This document shows positions 22,656-35,770 of a stretch of DNA of 38,592 nucleotides, in pieces. The number at the start of each line of letters is the position of its first letter. The first letter of the stretch is position 1. Where the stretch lies: assembly GCF_006345805.1 (NCBI RefSeq), contig NW_021835698.1, positions 1 to 38,592 on the forward strand, written 5' to 3'. The DNA comes from Octopus sinensis. Taxonomy: Eukaryota. A program made the position numbers and the translations under genes. The notes beneath the pieces were generated by a model that was not told where the DNA came from, ran no database searches, and saw nothing but the letters and a program-made list of their open reading frames with translations.

Positions 22656-23059
22656 GCGCCTGCACCAAGCGCACCATTCTGCTTATGTCAATCGCAGTTT
22701 CAAATTCGTGTCCTGGTATTATTCAAGAAGAAAAAATATACTTTTCACGTATTTTCAAAAGTGTCAAATATTTCTGAATATGTTACACCAAGCCAATGCT
22801 TGCCAAACTTTTTCAAGCTGCCGCCCTTTAGTTCTGAGACCTGGTGCCACCCACTCCCCATCACAAATTTAGACCATTTTCTGCAGCAAATTCAAAACAA
22901 CAGCATTTCACAAAATATAAGCCACAACACATTTATTTCTAACAAAAACTAAGAAATATTTCCCCAAGAAAAATATCAATGTTTATTTAATTAAATTTGA
23001 GGAAAATTGTTTTGATTTAAATATGGAAAATTGAGAGCCATGGAGGTTTGTTTTATCTT

Positions 23060-23255
23060 TTACCTTTTTCAGTCATTAGTCTGCGACCATTTTGGGGCAC
23101 AGACGAATCGACCCCAGGACTTTTTTAAAAGTTTGGTACTTATTCTAACGGTCTCTTTTGCCGAACTGCTAGTTTAGGGGAACGTAAACTAGCCAATGCC
23201 GGTTGTCAAAGGGAGGGGGAAAACAGAGACACACAGATACACACACACACATATA
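23060..23255 (-). mobile_element. Partial SINE (family A, 3' half)
   Basis: Reverse complement of the 3' half of 37694-38058 (tcgaccccaggact...ggtacttattct..cggtctcttttgccgaac). Confidence 0.8.
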
Positions 23256-23409
23256 CAATGGAAACTTAAAGAAGCCCGTTAATTCATACCCTACAAGCTT
23301 GAAATAACGGTGGAACAGTCATACTGGGGATTTTTTTAAAAACACAAGTCTGTTTCTTCAGACCTCATATCGATATGTGATAGATGAAAATAATAATAAT
23401 AATAAAAAG

Positions 23410-24273
23410 GAAGAGTTCAACCAGCTAGAAACAGCAGCCAAATCTCACACTTTGGATACTGTAATACTAAATATAACAAGTAACTGGAAAGCCCAACACA
23501 CATCGTATTGAATCATGGCATTGCAGTCGAAGGAGTCCATCTGCAAGTTCCACTTTGGATGGAAATAAAAAGAAAAAAACATCCAAAGTTTTCTAGAAAC
23601 ATCTATTTTATTGCTTGGTCTTCAATATTCTCCTCTCATGGATGTCACTTCAAATCTAATATCAATTTCTTCTTCTCATTATATTTTTTCCATTTCAGAA
23701 AGTTCGGCTTTAGTTTGAGGCCCACATTGATTGTTCGGAGGAACCTGGACTTCATCTCGTCTTCTGGAGGGGTCATCCTCATGCCTTAGACGCCCTTTGG
23801 TCTCATCAGGCATTATATCGAAAACCTTCTCATTAATATGACTGTCCCAATCGACAGAAATGTATCTGTCAAGACCTACCAAAAACTGAGCAAGTATAAA
23901 GATCTTGAAATAGAAATTGGCAAAATGTGAGACCTCAAGACTAAAACAATACTTGTTATAAGTTCCCTAGGAATGATAGCAAAAGGGGCTGATTCCTACC
24001 TATCTCAGATACCAGGTAAGACCAAAATGGCAGAAATTCAAAAGATAGTGCTCATGGGAACTGCCCATATCCTACGAAAATACTGTCTACGTAATAATAC
24101 TATGTGCAAAACCAAACATATGACACCCTAGGCATAACACCAGCATAAACTTCTAACTTGTTGTTTCTTGAGGTCTCTGGGTGAGACTTAGAGTCATCTT
24201 GTACAAATGCAAAGCAAAAGTCAAACATTTAATAATGATAATAATAATAATAATGATAATAATAATAATAATG

Positions 24274-24310
<37 letters not shown>

Positions 24311-24312
24311 TA
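23410..24312 (+). mobile_element. R4/Dong-like non-LTR retrotransposon 3' fragment (restriction-like endonuclease end, 3' UTR, (TAA)n tail), interrupted at ~23510-23815
   Basis: Translation from ~23830 gives INMTVPIDRNVSVKTYQKLSKYKDLEIEIGKM*DLKTKT...LGMIAKG...QKIVLMGTAHIL, ending in (TAA)n at 24229-24312. Confidence 0.75.
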
Positions 24313-24316
24313 AGGA

Positions 24317-24790
24317 ATGTTAAGCACAAGCAATAAAGAACAATTGGGACTGCTAATAATAATTCCTCAGCAGTCCCCAGTTGTTCTTTATAGCTTCAAT
24401 GTGCTTAACTGGAATACCAGTGAAATAATGAAAATTGACAGAAAAATCCGCAAGCTGCTGACTTGTAATAAGATGCACCATCCAAAGGCAGAGGTGGATC
24501 GTCTTTACCTTCCAAGAGCTCAGGGAGGTCGAGGCTTGATCCAGCTTAAATTTACGTACAAAACTACCACAATCGGACGGGCCAAATACCTTGAAACAAC
24601 CAACGATTGGATGCTAAAACTTGTTGAAAAACATGAAAGACCGAAAAAACTTCACTCTAATCTGAAAGAGAGCAAAACATTTGCTACTGATCTCTCCGAT
24701 ACCCACCAGATTGATCAGGTTGAAGGAAATGCACCAACTGCTGCTGCAAAGAAAATGAAATTAATTGCAAAGACAAAAACATGAAAAATT
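24317..24790 (+). pseudogene. R4/Dong-like RT C-terminal (thumb) fragment
   Basis: PVVLYSFNVLNW...IDRKIRKLLT.NKMHHPKAEVDRLYLPRAQGGRGL is characteristic of REL-type non-LTR elements. Confidence 0.85.
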
Positions 24791-25539
24791 AGTTAGAAGA
24801 TGTTTAACAGCATCATTTCACTCGTCCGATTTGAGGAGATTAACACTCCCCCCTCCCCCGCGTTTTCTCTCATTTGTCTGTAGAGTCTTTTTGCATTATA
24901 TTCTTTAATGACAGAAACTGATTGATTTGTAGGAGAAAATGATCGATGGTCCACTTTTCTTGGAACGCTCGGGATTCGTTGTCCACTTTTCTCTTTCTTG
25001 ATGACGACATTTTAGGGTTGGATAATTCGAGGAAAAAATATGGATTGTGGTGATAAATAACGGAGCATCTGTTGGAGAGTGAAATATAAACTTTATATAA
25101 AGAAAATATAAACTTGATCAGAGGAATAAGAATGAAGCAGTCGATTGTGTGTGACTGATATTCTCGATAGTCATTTGTTTGAATAAATACATTTGAGTTA
25201 TTTCTGGCCTTTGCATATTAGCAAATTAATAGGCTTGGAATGTCTTGAGTTCGTAGCTTGGTCGTTCACTAAACTGGTTCTTGGTTTCGAGAGAATTTGA
25301 GTGAGGGCGTGAATGACATGTTGACCAGTCGCTAGTGTCGAGAAGAAATAACCCGACCGATTGAAAGTCAGCTGCTCACCGACTGGTCCGACTTCTGCTT
25401 AGTTTCATCTTATTACTGAGGTTTCCTGTTTTTTTTTTTCGGGGAAACACGAGTCGCACTTTTTCGATTTTAATTCTACGAATTTACTCTTTTAACCTTT
25501 CCTAGAATTTTTGCTAAAGTGCATTCCACGAAAGCTTGT

Positions 25540-25690
25540 TTCGTTTTGGCCTATTTAGTCTACGAGTCGGCCAGACTAGCAAATTCACCACTTCACCGCC
25601 ATACTGCTACAGGTCTCCGCGCGCCAGAAAAAAAGGCTTCGTGGGCCAGATATGGCTCGCGGACCGCAGGTTGCCCATGCCCGATTTAGA
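25540..25690 (+). mobile_element. Possible hAT-like DNA transposon/MITE end
   Basis: gtgggccagatatggctcgcggaccgcaggttgcccatgccc resembles hAT subterminal GGCCCGCGGGCC motifs and a terminal repeat. No matching left end was found. Confidence 0.4.
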
Positions 25691-27050
25691 CCTTAGACTT
25701 CTTCTTCTGTTGCTGCTTTAGAGGTTGTACATTTTACTGCATTGTGCATTCGCCAACCTTCAAGCAGGACCGGAAGTATGCCAAGCCGAATGGTCTTTAA
25801 ATACTTTTTATTATTTCTTCATCTCCCTATGGCACTTTGCATTAAACCTTCAACCCTTTTTCTCTCCTCATCAGCTCCTCATTCCCCTTGCAATCCATTT
25901 TCCTTCACTTCCCAATCCTCTTCTCAGCTTCCTGTCGACCCGCTTCGCTCAGCTCCTCTTCGTCTTTGCCACTCCTTCCTCTTCGATCTGTCTCCCCATC
26001 TCGCTTTATTTACTCGTTTAACCCGAATCAGTTTCACGTTTCTTGAACCAGTTGGTCTTTGCTACTCGTCAGCTCTGGTTTTCTTTCTCCTTTCGGTTTC
26101 TGTTGATTGTCCCTTCCGATGACTTTCAACAAACACTTCTCTTGGTTGTGCTATGTTTCTATGCATCTCAACTTGTTATGTACCACAGAGGCCACCCGTT
26201 CGATTTCGTTTGGTTTTGCCATTTCTTTCATTCTGACCACTCCATTCTCAACTATCTTCACTTTACTACTAAACCTTCCCCCCACCCCAGTCCCTCTACC
26301 ACTTGCTGGGCCTAAGACTACTAAGCTTGGCTTGTCTTATTCAAATAAATACAATTCCCGAACTAACGACGCACAGTTTCAATTACACCCTTACCTATTG
26401 GTATAACTGTTGTAGTAAAAATGCTACAACCCTTCCCACCTGACAGGTGGTGTGACGCAGCAGCCACTCTCAGTTAGTTCTCTCCGCTGATTTTTGTTTA
26501 AATAATGCAAATTTCCCAGGCCATAAATATGTTCTCTTTTTTTTTTTTTTTTTTGGAGAAGTCTATGTATCTTGACTACAGAAGATAAAGTCAGTTATTG
26601 TACTGATGATAGCCACAGAGCCAGAAACACGTATCCACGACTACCTTCTTATTTCCAGAAAATTAGCCGGTCCTTTTCCTTAATGCCAGGTAAACTTTGG
26701 AGAATTTTTCAATCGTAATATTATCGCTCGTCTTCATGCGAGGTTGGCCTTAATTGCTGCTCAGTAATTATGCTGCGTCATGGAAAGGCGCAGATAATTG
26801 AAATCAAGAACTTATGTTGCAAGGCTTTTGATATCCTTGTACTCGTCTCTCTTTCTCTCCCCCTTCATTCTCTCTATATACATATAAATGTGAGTGTGTG
26901 TGTGTGTGTGTGTGTTGTGGGCGCCACGGTTCTGCAACGAAGTATATATATCTGCAACTGTTACAACGCGTTATTATGTTGTGTGCTTCTTCTGTCCAGT
27001 TTGTTGTCGCCACTGTAATGTTCTTATCACCACAGTTATGTTGTGGCCGT

Positions 27051-27323
27051 ATCTTTGACTCGTCTGTCTTTGACTCGCCTATCTTTGACTCGTCCATCTT
27101 TGACTCGTCTATCTTTGACTCGTCTATCTTTGACTCGTCCATCTTTGATTCGTCTATCTTTGACTCGTCCATCTTTGACTCGTCCATCTTTGACTCGTCT
27201 ATCTTTGACTCGTCAATCTTTGACTCGTCCATCTTTGACTCGTCTATCTTTGACTCGTATATCTTTGACTCGTCAATCTTTGACTCGTCAATCTTTGACT
27301 CGTCTATCTTTGACTCGTCTATC
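27051..27323 (+). repeat. 15-bp minisatellite, ~18 copies
   Basis: atctttgactcgtct with single-base variants. Confidence 0.95.
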
Positions 27324-27937
27324 ATCATGTTATCACTGATAGCTCCGCAAGACAATGACTTGCAACGTCTACTTTGACGTGACTCGAACCCGTATATATC
27401 ACGTAACTGACACTGACGCCAACTAAGAACTCGTACAACGACTCTACTACTACTGACGGCAATTGTCCCACGACTGTCCCACGACGACTGACTTTATAGT
27501 GACTGGATCCTTCATACCACTTGTCACGTGGCAGGGGGTGTATCATTTCCACTTCAACAATAACTGAGCTGGGCGCTGATTTCAAGGACTTAATAGAAGA
27601 GGTGAAGGGTCACCGAAGAAGACCAAGGCTTGCTGAAGGAGAGCAAAGGTTACTGAAGAAGGTCAAAGGTTACTGAAGGAGGTCAAAGGTTACGGCGTTA
27701 AACTGCGATTGTATTCTTTTTGTCTGTCTTTCTTTCCTTCCTCATCCCTGTCTCTCGTCCTCCCTTACCCCCATCATAACCCTCCATCCATGCCAATCAC
27801 CACTGCAACGTATTCGCCGCACCACTCTCACCAATTCCACCCTACCGCGGTTACTTCACCATCACCTTCGTCAATATCACTTAACAATGATGACGGCACC
27901 ATCGCCATCACCGCCACCACAACCCCCAAAACAATAA

Positions 27938-27977
<40 letters not shown>

Positions 27978-28311
27978 GACGTCGTCGTAGTCGTCATCAC
28001 CATCATCATCACGACCATCACCTTCATCGACATCGTCAGTGTCATCATCATTGTCATCCCCACCCCATCCCCACCCCATTCAACCTTGATTCACGTAATA
28101 CTCATCAGTATTTCCCCCCCCACCTCTTCCTCCGCTCCACATCACCGTCATTCCATCAGCCACCACCACCACCACCAACACCAACACCTCTACCGCCACT
28201 ACACCATCAGATAATATACACCAATACCCTTACATCACCACCACCACCACCACCACCACCACTATTACCGACACTGCATCAATCGAAGCACCATATACAT
28301 ACAGGCATATT

Positions 28312-28350
<39 letters not shown>

Positions 28351-29231
28351 CCACACACACACACACATACACACACACACATATATATATATACACACAC
28401 ACATATATATATATACACACACACACACACATATATATATACACACACAACATATACACACACACACACACACACATATATATACAAACATACACACACA
28501 CACACACATATATATACTCACACATTTTCTACCACGAGTATACAGAAGTATAAGAAATTCTCCCCCCCTCTCTCTCTCTCTCATACACACACACACACAC
28601 TCCCGCATGTACACTCCCTACAAGACGTATACAGTTACCCTCTCTCACTCTCTCCTCCTCTCACTCTTTCTCCCTTTCTCTATTTCCTCCTCCTCTCTCA
28701 CTCTCTCTCTCTCTCTCTCACTCTCTCTCTACCCCTCACAGTCTTTTTTGCAGCAAAACCAGTTACAAGAATAACTGATGCACGACGACTTGCAATAGCA
28801 GCAGCAGCAGCAGAAATAGTAGCGGCAGCAGCAGCAGTAGTAGTAGTAGTAGTAGTTGTAGCAGCGGCCGTCTTGGAGAGTGAGTCGCTGTGTCAGTGTA
28901 GAGAGTGACTTTACTCGATCGAGTGCGATGGAAGAAGAAGCGAAAGGATTTCGGGAGGAGAGCAGCAGCCGACGAGACGAACGGCCAACCGGGCAGCAAT
29001 AAACAAACACACACGGACACGCATCTATCTAGTCTCAGCCTTACGAATATTTACACACACACACACACACACACACTTACACATACACACATACACACAC
29101 ACACACACATACCCACATACACAATATACCTCATAAACACTCACACAAATACGACTGCGTCTCTATAACAAACACCACAAGGCATTACTCACACCGCCAT
29201 ATATTCGCACCTAATACATTTAATATGCATA

Positions 29232-29432
29232 TATAAACACACACACATACGCACATACACCACCCATACACACACGTCTATAAACACACACACATACGCA
29301 CATACACCACCCATACACACACGTCTATAAACACACACACATACACCACCCATACACACACGTCTATAAACACACACACATACGCACATACACCACCCAT
29401 ACACACACGTCTATAAACACACACACATACGC
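29232..29432 (+). repeat. 47-bp CA-rich minisatellite (~4 copies, one shortened) just upstream of the HSPA12-like ATG
   Basis: tataaacacacacacatacgcacatacaccacccatacacacacgtc repeated. Confidence 0.85.
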
Positions 29433-29456
29433 AAACACAACATAAACAACAGATTG

Positions 29457-30152
29457 ATGATGTCGTCGACGGAGTTGGACTTTGACGACAAACCGCCGAC
29501 AGAACACGCCCCACCGCCGCCACCAACGTCTCTAAACAACAACAACCACGCGTCAACCACCACCACCACCACAACTATCACCAGCGGCGGACACACGAAG
29601 CCGACCCCGGCGGCACGGCATGTCCGCGACGACTCGGAGGAGCAGGACAAAGTGCCGCCGTTTTCCATCAACGGGGACGGCATCGATGACGGCGATGACG
29701 TTGGAGCTTACACGAACGGCGACGTGTGCGGCGCGTCGGAGGCGGCGCCGGCGGGCATGGTGAACAGTGCCGGATCAGGCGCTATAATGATCAACTCGAC
29801 CGGGATGAATTCGGAATTATGCCGTGAAATGGGTCAGCTGGATGTGGACGGCGAGGGCGAAGAGCCGGCCGAAAGTTTTTCGCTGGTCACCGCCATCGAT
29901 TTCGGTACCACGTTCTCAGGTTACGCTTATTCGTTGAGTTCCGAGATCGATGCCATTTTTACGAACAAGAACTGGGGTCAAACCCAGGGCTTTATGCTGC
30001 ACAAGACACCGACCTGCCTTTTGTTGCGACCCTCGGGCGAGTTCGAAGCGTTCGGCTTCGATGCCGTCTCCAAATATAACGATCTGAGCGAAGAAGAAGT
30101 CGACGATTATTATTATTTTGACAGATTTAAAATGAAGCTCTACGCCAACAAG
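29457..30152 (+). CDS. HSPA12: First (or early) coding exon of a heat shock 70 kDa protein 12 (HSPA12A/B-like) gene; 232 codons, phase-0 GT donor at 30153
   Basis: SLVTAIDFGTTFSGYAYS...NKNWG...HKTPTCLLL.P.GEFEAFGFDA..KYNDL....DYYYFDRFKMKL matches the HSPA12 N-terminal nucleotide-binding lobe; GC-rich codons; AAG|GTAAAT donor. The start is uncertain (ATG 29457; possible acceptor CAG ending at 29452). No further exons recognised in the window. Confidence 0.88.
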
Positions 30153-30244
30153 GTAAATATATAAATATATATGCAGATATGCACCTTATGTATATATACA
30201 CAACCATACACATACATGAAAACACACATACAAACGCACTCGCA

Positions 30245-30275
<31 letters not shown>

Positions 30276-30389
30276 CACACACACACACACACCACACACA
30301 CACACACACCACACACAGGAAAACTATATTTTCGTGGCTCCTTGCCACCTCCGTCCGTCATCAGAGCTGCGTTCGTTTTGTTTGTTTTT

Positions 30390-30439
<50 letters not shown>

Positions 30440-30725
30440 CAGTGTGTACACATGTGTGTGTGTATGTTCGAACGGACGAACGAGCAAGACCTGCTGTTTT
30501 CATCACTTATATGTCTGCATAAACATTCACGCATTTTGTTGTCGTAGGTGTGTTCCATGTGTTTTTATAATTGTGCATTTAGAATAACGAAACCCAATCG
30601 AACTTCTCCCCCCCACATGAACTGAAAGTAACTTTATGTCTCATTAAACAGGTTTTCCTTTCTTTTTCACGTTTTCCTTTTCTCTTTTCTTTTTATCTTC
30701 GCAGTTTCCACCAGCCTTCATTTCC

Positions 30726-30726
<1 letters not shown>

Positions 30727-30787
<61 letters not shown>

Positions 30788-30838
30788 ATCTATCTATCGA
30801 TCTATCTATCTATCTATCTATATATCTATCTATCTATC

Positions 30839-30901
<63 letters not shown>

Positions 30902-30904
30902 ATC

Positions 30905-30942
<38 letters not shown>

Positions 30943-30943
30943 A

Positions 30944-30985
<42 letters not shown>

Positions 30986-31170
30986 ATCTCTATCTATCTA
31001 TCTCTATCTATCTATCTATCTACCTATCTATCGATCTATCTATCTATGTATCGATCTATCTATCTATCTATCTATATCTCTATCTATCTATCTATCTCTA
31101 TCTATCTATCTATCTACCTATCTATCGATCTATCTATCTATCTATCGATCTATCTATCTATCTATCCATC
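30727..31170 (+). repeat. Long (TATC)n microsatellite; similar tracts at ~31620-31810, 34840-34980 and 36930-37125
   Basis: Visible tetranucleotide arrays. Confidence 0.95.
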
Positions 31171-31405
31171 CAGTCCCTTCTGTGTTCAGCCCTGTGTGGC
31201 CATTAAAGAAAGTTATCTGTCTGTCTGTCTGTCTGTGTGTCTACTGCCTGTTTATCCCTCTGTCTGTCTGTCTGTCCATCGTACCCTCCCTTTTATTTTT
31301 ATTTTATTTTCTATGTTGATGAACCCATCTACCTACCTATATACACGCTTTCCTTCTTTTTCTCCTAACTATCTCTCTCTCTCTCCCTCCCTCTCTCCAC
31401 ACACA

Positions 31406-31446
<41 letters not shown>

Positions 31447-31620
31447 CGCTTCTTTTTCTACCTCTTCTTCCCCTTACAACTTCATTTCTGACTTTGTCTC
31501 ATTGTTTATCAATTTTTCTGCCAACTCATTGTCCATCTCTGTCTGTTTAGTTATCTGTTTACCTGTCTATTTATCTATCCTCCAACCTGTCTATATGTCT
31601 ATCTATATATCTACTTCTCC

Positions 31621-31811
<191 letters not shown>

Positions 31812-32306
31812 CCCACCCATCCATCCGTCTCTCTATTTACCCGTCTGTGTTGTTACCTCTTCGACTCAACAACTACATTTACACTCCATTAGTCGTCTAC
31901 CGAATCTGTCTTCTACATTTCTGCCAATAACCAATAAATGAACCGAGATCGAACTTATTAGATTAGGTTGTGGAATATTTATCTGGTCCAGGACAGAAAT
32001 GTTATCCAAGGCAGCCGGGAATTGAACTCGTGACCAAAGACTTTCTTCCCAGCCATAATCATTCCGTAGTATTTTTTTTTATTCTTGTTTTCGGAGTAAA
32101 TATATTTTTCAAGGTGATGGAGTGCAATTTAAGGGAGGTCTGGCTATTATTTCTAGTCGGTCAGGTGGCCTTCTGAACGCTTCCTTCTTGGTTGGTATTT
32201 GCAATGGCAGAATGAAATGGTGGATGTACCAAACTGTTTATCTGAGATCAAGAGATCGAATCAGTCCATGGATGTATGCATGCAAGCATGTGTATTTCCA
32301 TATATG

Positions 32307-32347
<41 letters not shown>

Positions 32348-33257
32348 CACTAACACGTTATCTTAAAGATAGCGTGTTGACACACATGTCACTATGTGCC
32401 GATTCCACAGACAAGGAACAAATGTCAGCCTCACTGCTTCTCCATTTCAGTAACAAAACATTTGAATTAAGAATTAGAATGTCTTTTTTGTTTATTTGTT
32501 TGTTTGTTTTCTTGAGCCGCTTAATATCTTTTTCTTTAGCCACAGTTTCGTATCATTTAAAAAAATTCTAAACATCCCTTTTTTCAGACATCGGTCGACT
32601 ATTTCTCGCCTTTCTCAAAATTCATGGGAAGAATTTTTGTAAATAGATTCTTTGTTTTCTGAGGCTTTTTTCTTAAAGTAATGAAACAAACTCTCCCCCT
32701 CTCCCCCACTCGCTTTTCTGAATCTCCCTTTCCTTCTGGAATAGTCTCTCCCCAGGAGCTTCAAGTTCCTACTGTAATTCATTTTCTTGTCTTTATAATG
32801 TTCGATCTTCACTTTCTCGTCCTCTGGCTTTCGCCATTTTCCCCAGATGGTTTTATTCCTCCGAATCTTGTAATCTTGGCTTTCAAGTCTCTTAAACCAA
32901 AGCAAAGAGACTTGCAGTGGTTAGGACGACCTCATTTTTCACTTAGTGACATCACTCTCCTTCTTAGTAACCCTACAATTTCTATTTCGCTCCTCTCTCT
33001 CTCTCTTCCTCTGTCTCACAAATATAGAATCTTGCTTCCTTCAACTCTCCTTTTATCTCTTACCTTTCCTCGCTCTCTCCCCATTTTCCCTTCCCATTCA
33101 CGTGACACACGACCTACTTCCGCTTTATAGTGTTTAGAAAACAGATAATTTACAAAGTGAAAGTATATAGTGAAAATCGGAAAGTTTGAGAGAAAGTGTT
33201 CGGCTGTGGCGTGAGTTAAGCAATGGTTTTCTTTTGGGAACAAACCAAGCACGATTG

Positions 33258-33295
<38 letters not shown>

Positions 33296-33424
33296 TTTGT
33301 GTGTGTGCGTGTGCGTGTAGATGAATGGATTGATGTATTGTATGTATATCTGGACAAATGTATGTATATAGTTAAGTTAATTTTTGGGCTCAAAAAGCAA
33401 GGCCTTGTATGTATTTAACTATTT

Positions 33425-33462
<38 letters not shown>

Positions 33463-33763
33463 GCATGTGTGTGTGTGTGTGTGTGCGTGTGTGTGTGTGT
33501 ATGTGTATATATATATGTATACATGTATGTATGTATATATATATTTCGCTTAGGCATTGCTAGACTAATAAATTGGTGTAGAACTCAGTATATACGTGGT
33601 CCAGAAAGAAGCGTTAGTCGAGTACAGAGCGGTAATAAGATGAGATGACAAAGGAATTAAACGTCATTAGCTTACAGCTGTTTCCATTATAAAATGCAAG
33701 GGACTCGGAGTTCAGAGCCTGAGTAACACCATAACAAGAACATGAAAAAGAGACACACACACG

Positions 33764-33795
<32 letters not shown>

Positions 33796-34292
33796 TCCAT
33801 ATTGTACTTCGTGCTCAAAAACAGGATCTGTGTCCAGTTGGTTTTGGTTTCAGAGGGTGGAGATATTACGTGAGGTTGTGTCCTTCATTCTTTTCCTCTC
33901 TGACCGCACGAGGTGTGACGTCAATGAAACCACCCCCGTGGTGTGATTCGCTGAAACACGTTCACCGATGAATCATCGCCGTCTTTTCACGTCGTTCTTT
34001 CTCTTTCAAATCTCACCTTTTATTGTCTTTCGTTCTGTTTTAGGTTTACGTGTATGTATGTTATACCTAGATTCACACATCCACCCACCCACCCATCCAT
34101 CCACCCACCCACCCATCCACCCACCCACCCATCCATCCATCCATCCATCCATCCATCCATCCATCCATCCATCTATACATACATACATACATGTAGAGAC
34201 AGACACACCAAAAATGTAATATTCAGTATGTATGTATGTATGTGTGTGTTTGTCTATGTATATAAACAAATAAATAAACAAATATATATAAT

Positions 34293-34334
<42 letters not shown>

Positions 34335-34514
34335 TATTATATATATATAATATATATATATATATACCGGAGTAAACACATAAATGTGAAACAAGATGGA
34401 AAAAAAGAGTACTCAAATACCAGTGGTAGAGTAATATGCTTTATTTAAAGCAGCAGAAAATTCAAAAAAAAAAAAATTCAACAAAACGAAATATTTTCTG
34501 CTGCTTTAAATAAA

Positions 34515-34562
<48 letters not shown>

Positions 34563-34653
34563 TGTACTGCATATGGTTATACAGATCAAATATAAGCGTG
34601 AATATGTATATATAAAAATATATTTAAACATACATTATATTATATTACATTCT

Positions 34654-34684
<31 letters not shown>

Positions 34685-34848
34685 AAGACACATTAAGCCA
34701 GATATTCGTGATGTCATACACATAAACCTTGTATCTGTTGATGTGTTTGTGGGTTTGTTTCAAATATGCGTGTATTTCTTTTAGGATTCCTGTTGTATCT
34801 AATAATGGGTATATTTATATATCTGTCTGTCTGTCTATCTTACCTATC

Positions 34849-34909
<61 letters not shown>

Positions 34910-34914
34910 CATCC

Positions 34915-34980
<66 letters not shown>

Positions 34981-35139
34981 AAGCATATATTCATACCTAC
35001 ATACACATATATACACACATCTACACACACATACATATCCCCCATGGAGATATGTATGTATGTATGTATGCGTGTATGTGTTTCCGTCTGTTTATATGTG
35101 CGCGAGTGTGTGTATGTGTGTATGTGTGTGTATGTGTGT

Positions 35140-35179
<40 letters not shown>

Positions 35180-35348
35180 TCCCTGTGCGTAAGTGCTTTA
35201 GTATAGAATCGAAACCGGCGCTCAGTGTTCGTTAACCGAATTTTGTGTTCTTGCATGGCTTAAGTCTTCCTTAGTTTCTTTAAAGTTGCAGGGAATCACC
35301 CCACCCCTGCACTTGATTCCCCAGCCCTATCACCACCAGCCAATCTGC

Positions 35349-35410
<62 letters not shown>

Positions 35411-35415
35411 GTTAC

Positions 35416-35770
35416 GGCGCCAAGCTGGCAGAAAGGTTAGCACGCCGGGCGAAATGCTTTGCAGTATTTCGTCTGCCGCTACGTTCTGAGTTCAAATTCC
35501 GCCGAGGTCGACTTTGCCTTTCATCTTTTCGGGGTCGATTAAATAAGTACCAGTTACACACTGGGGTCGATATAATCGACTTAATCCGTTTGTCTGTCCT
35601 TGTTTTGTCCCCTCTGTGTTTAGCCCCTTGTGGGTAGTAAAGAAATCGGTATTTCGCCCGTTGCTACGTTTTGAGTTCAAATTCCTTCGAAGTCGACTTT
35701 GCTTTTCATCCTTCCGTGGGTCGAATAAATTAAGTACCAGTTGAGTACCGGGTGAGATGTAATCGACTAC
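35416..35770 (+). mobile_element. Composite/dimeric tRNA-derived SINE (family B)
   Basis: A box tggcagaaagg and B box gagttcaaattcc; the body is repeated from ~35648 (gtatttcg..cgctacgtt.tgagttcaaattcc...taagtaccagtt...taatcgact). Follows (TTA)n. Confidence 0.8.

Noticed and set aside
26804-27377. 183-aa and 159-aa ORFs as real genes
   Set aside because: They are explained by the 15-bp minisatellite; no splice or domain support.
32615-32905. 96-aa Lys-rich minus-strand ORF
   Set aside because: No recognisable motif; likely a by-product of CT-rich sequence or an unidentifiable TE relic.
33916-33923. Palindromic CRE site TGACGTCA in the HSPA12-like intron
   Set aside because: A single 8-mer is expected by chance at this window size; no supporting evidence.
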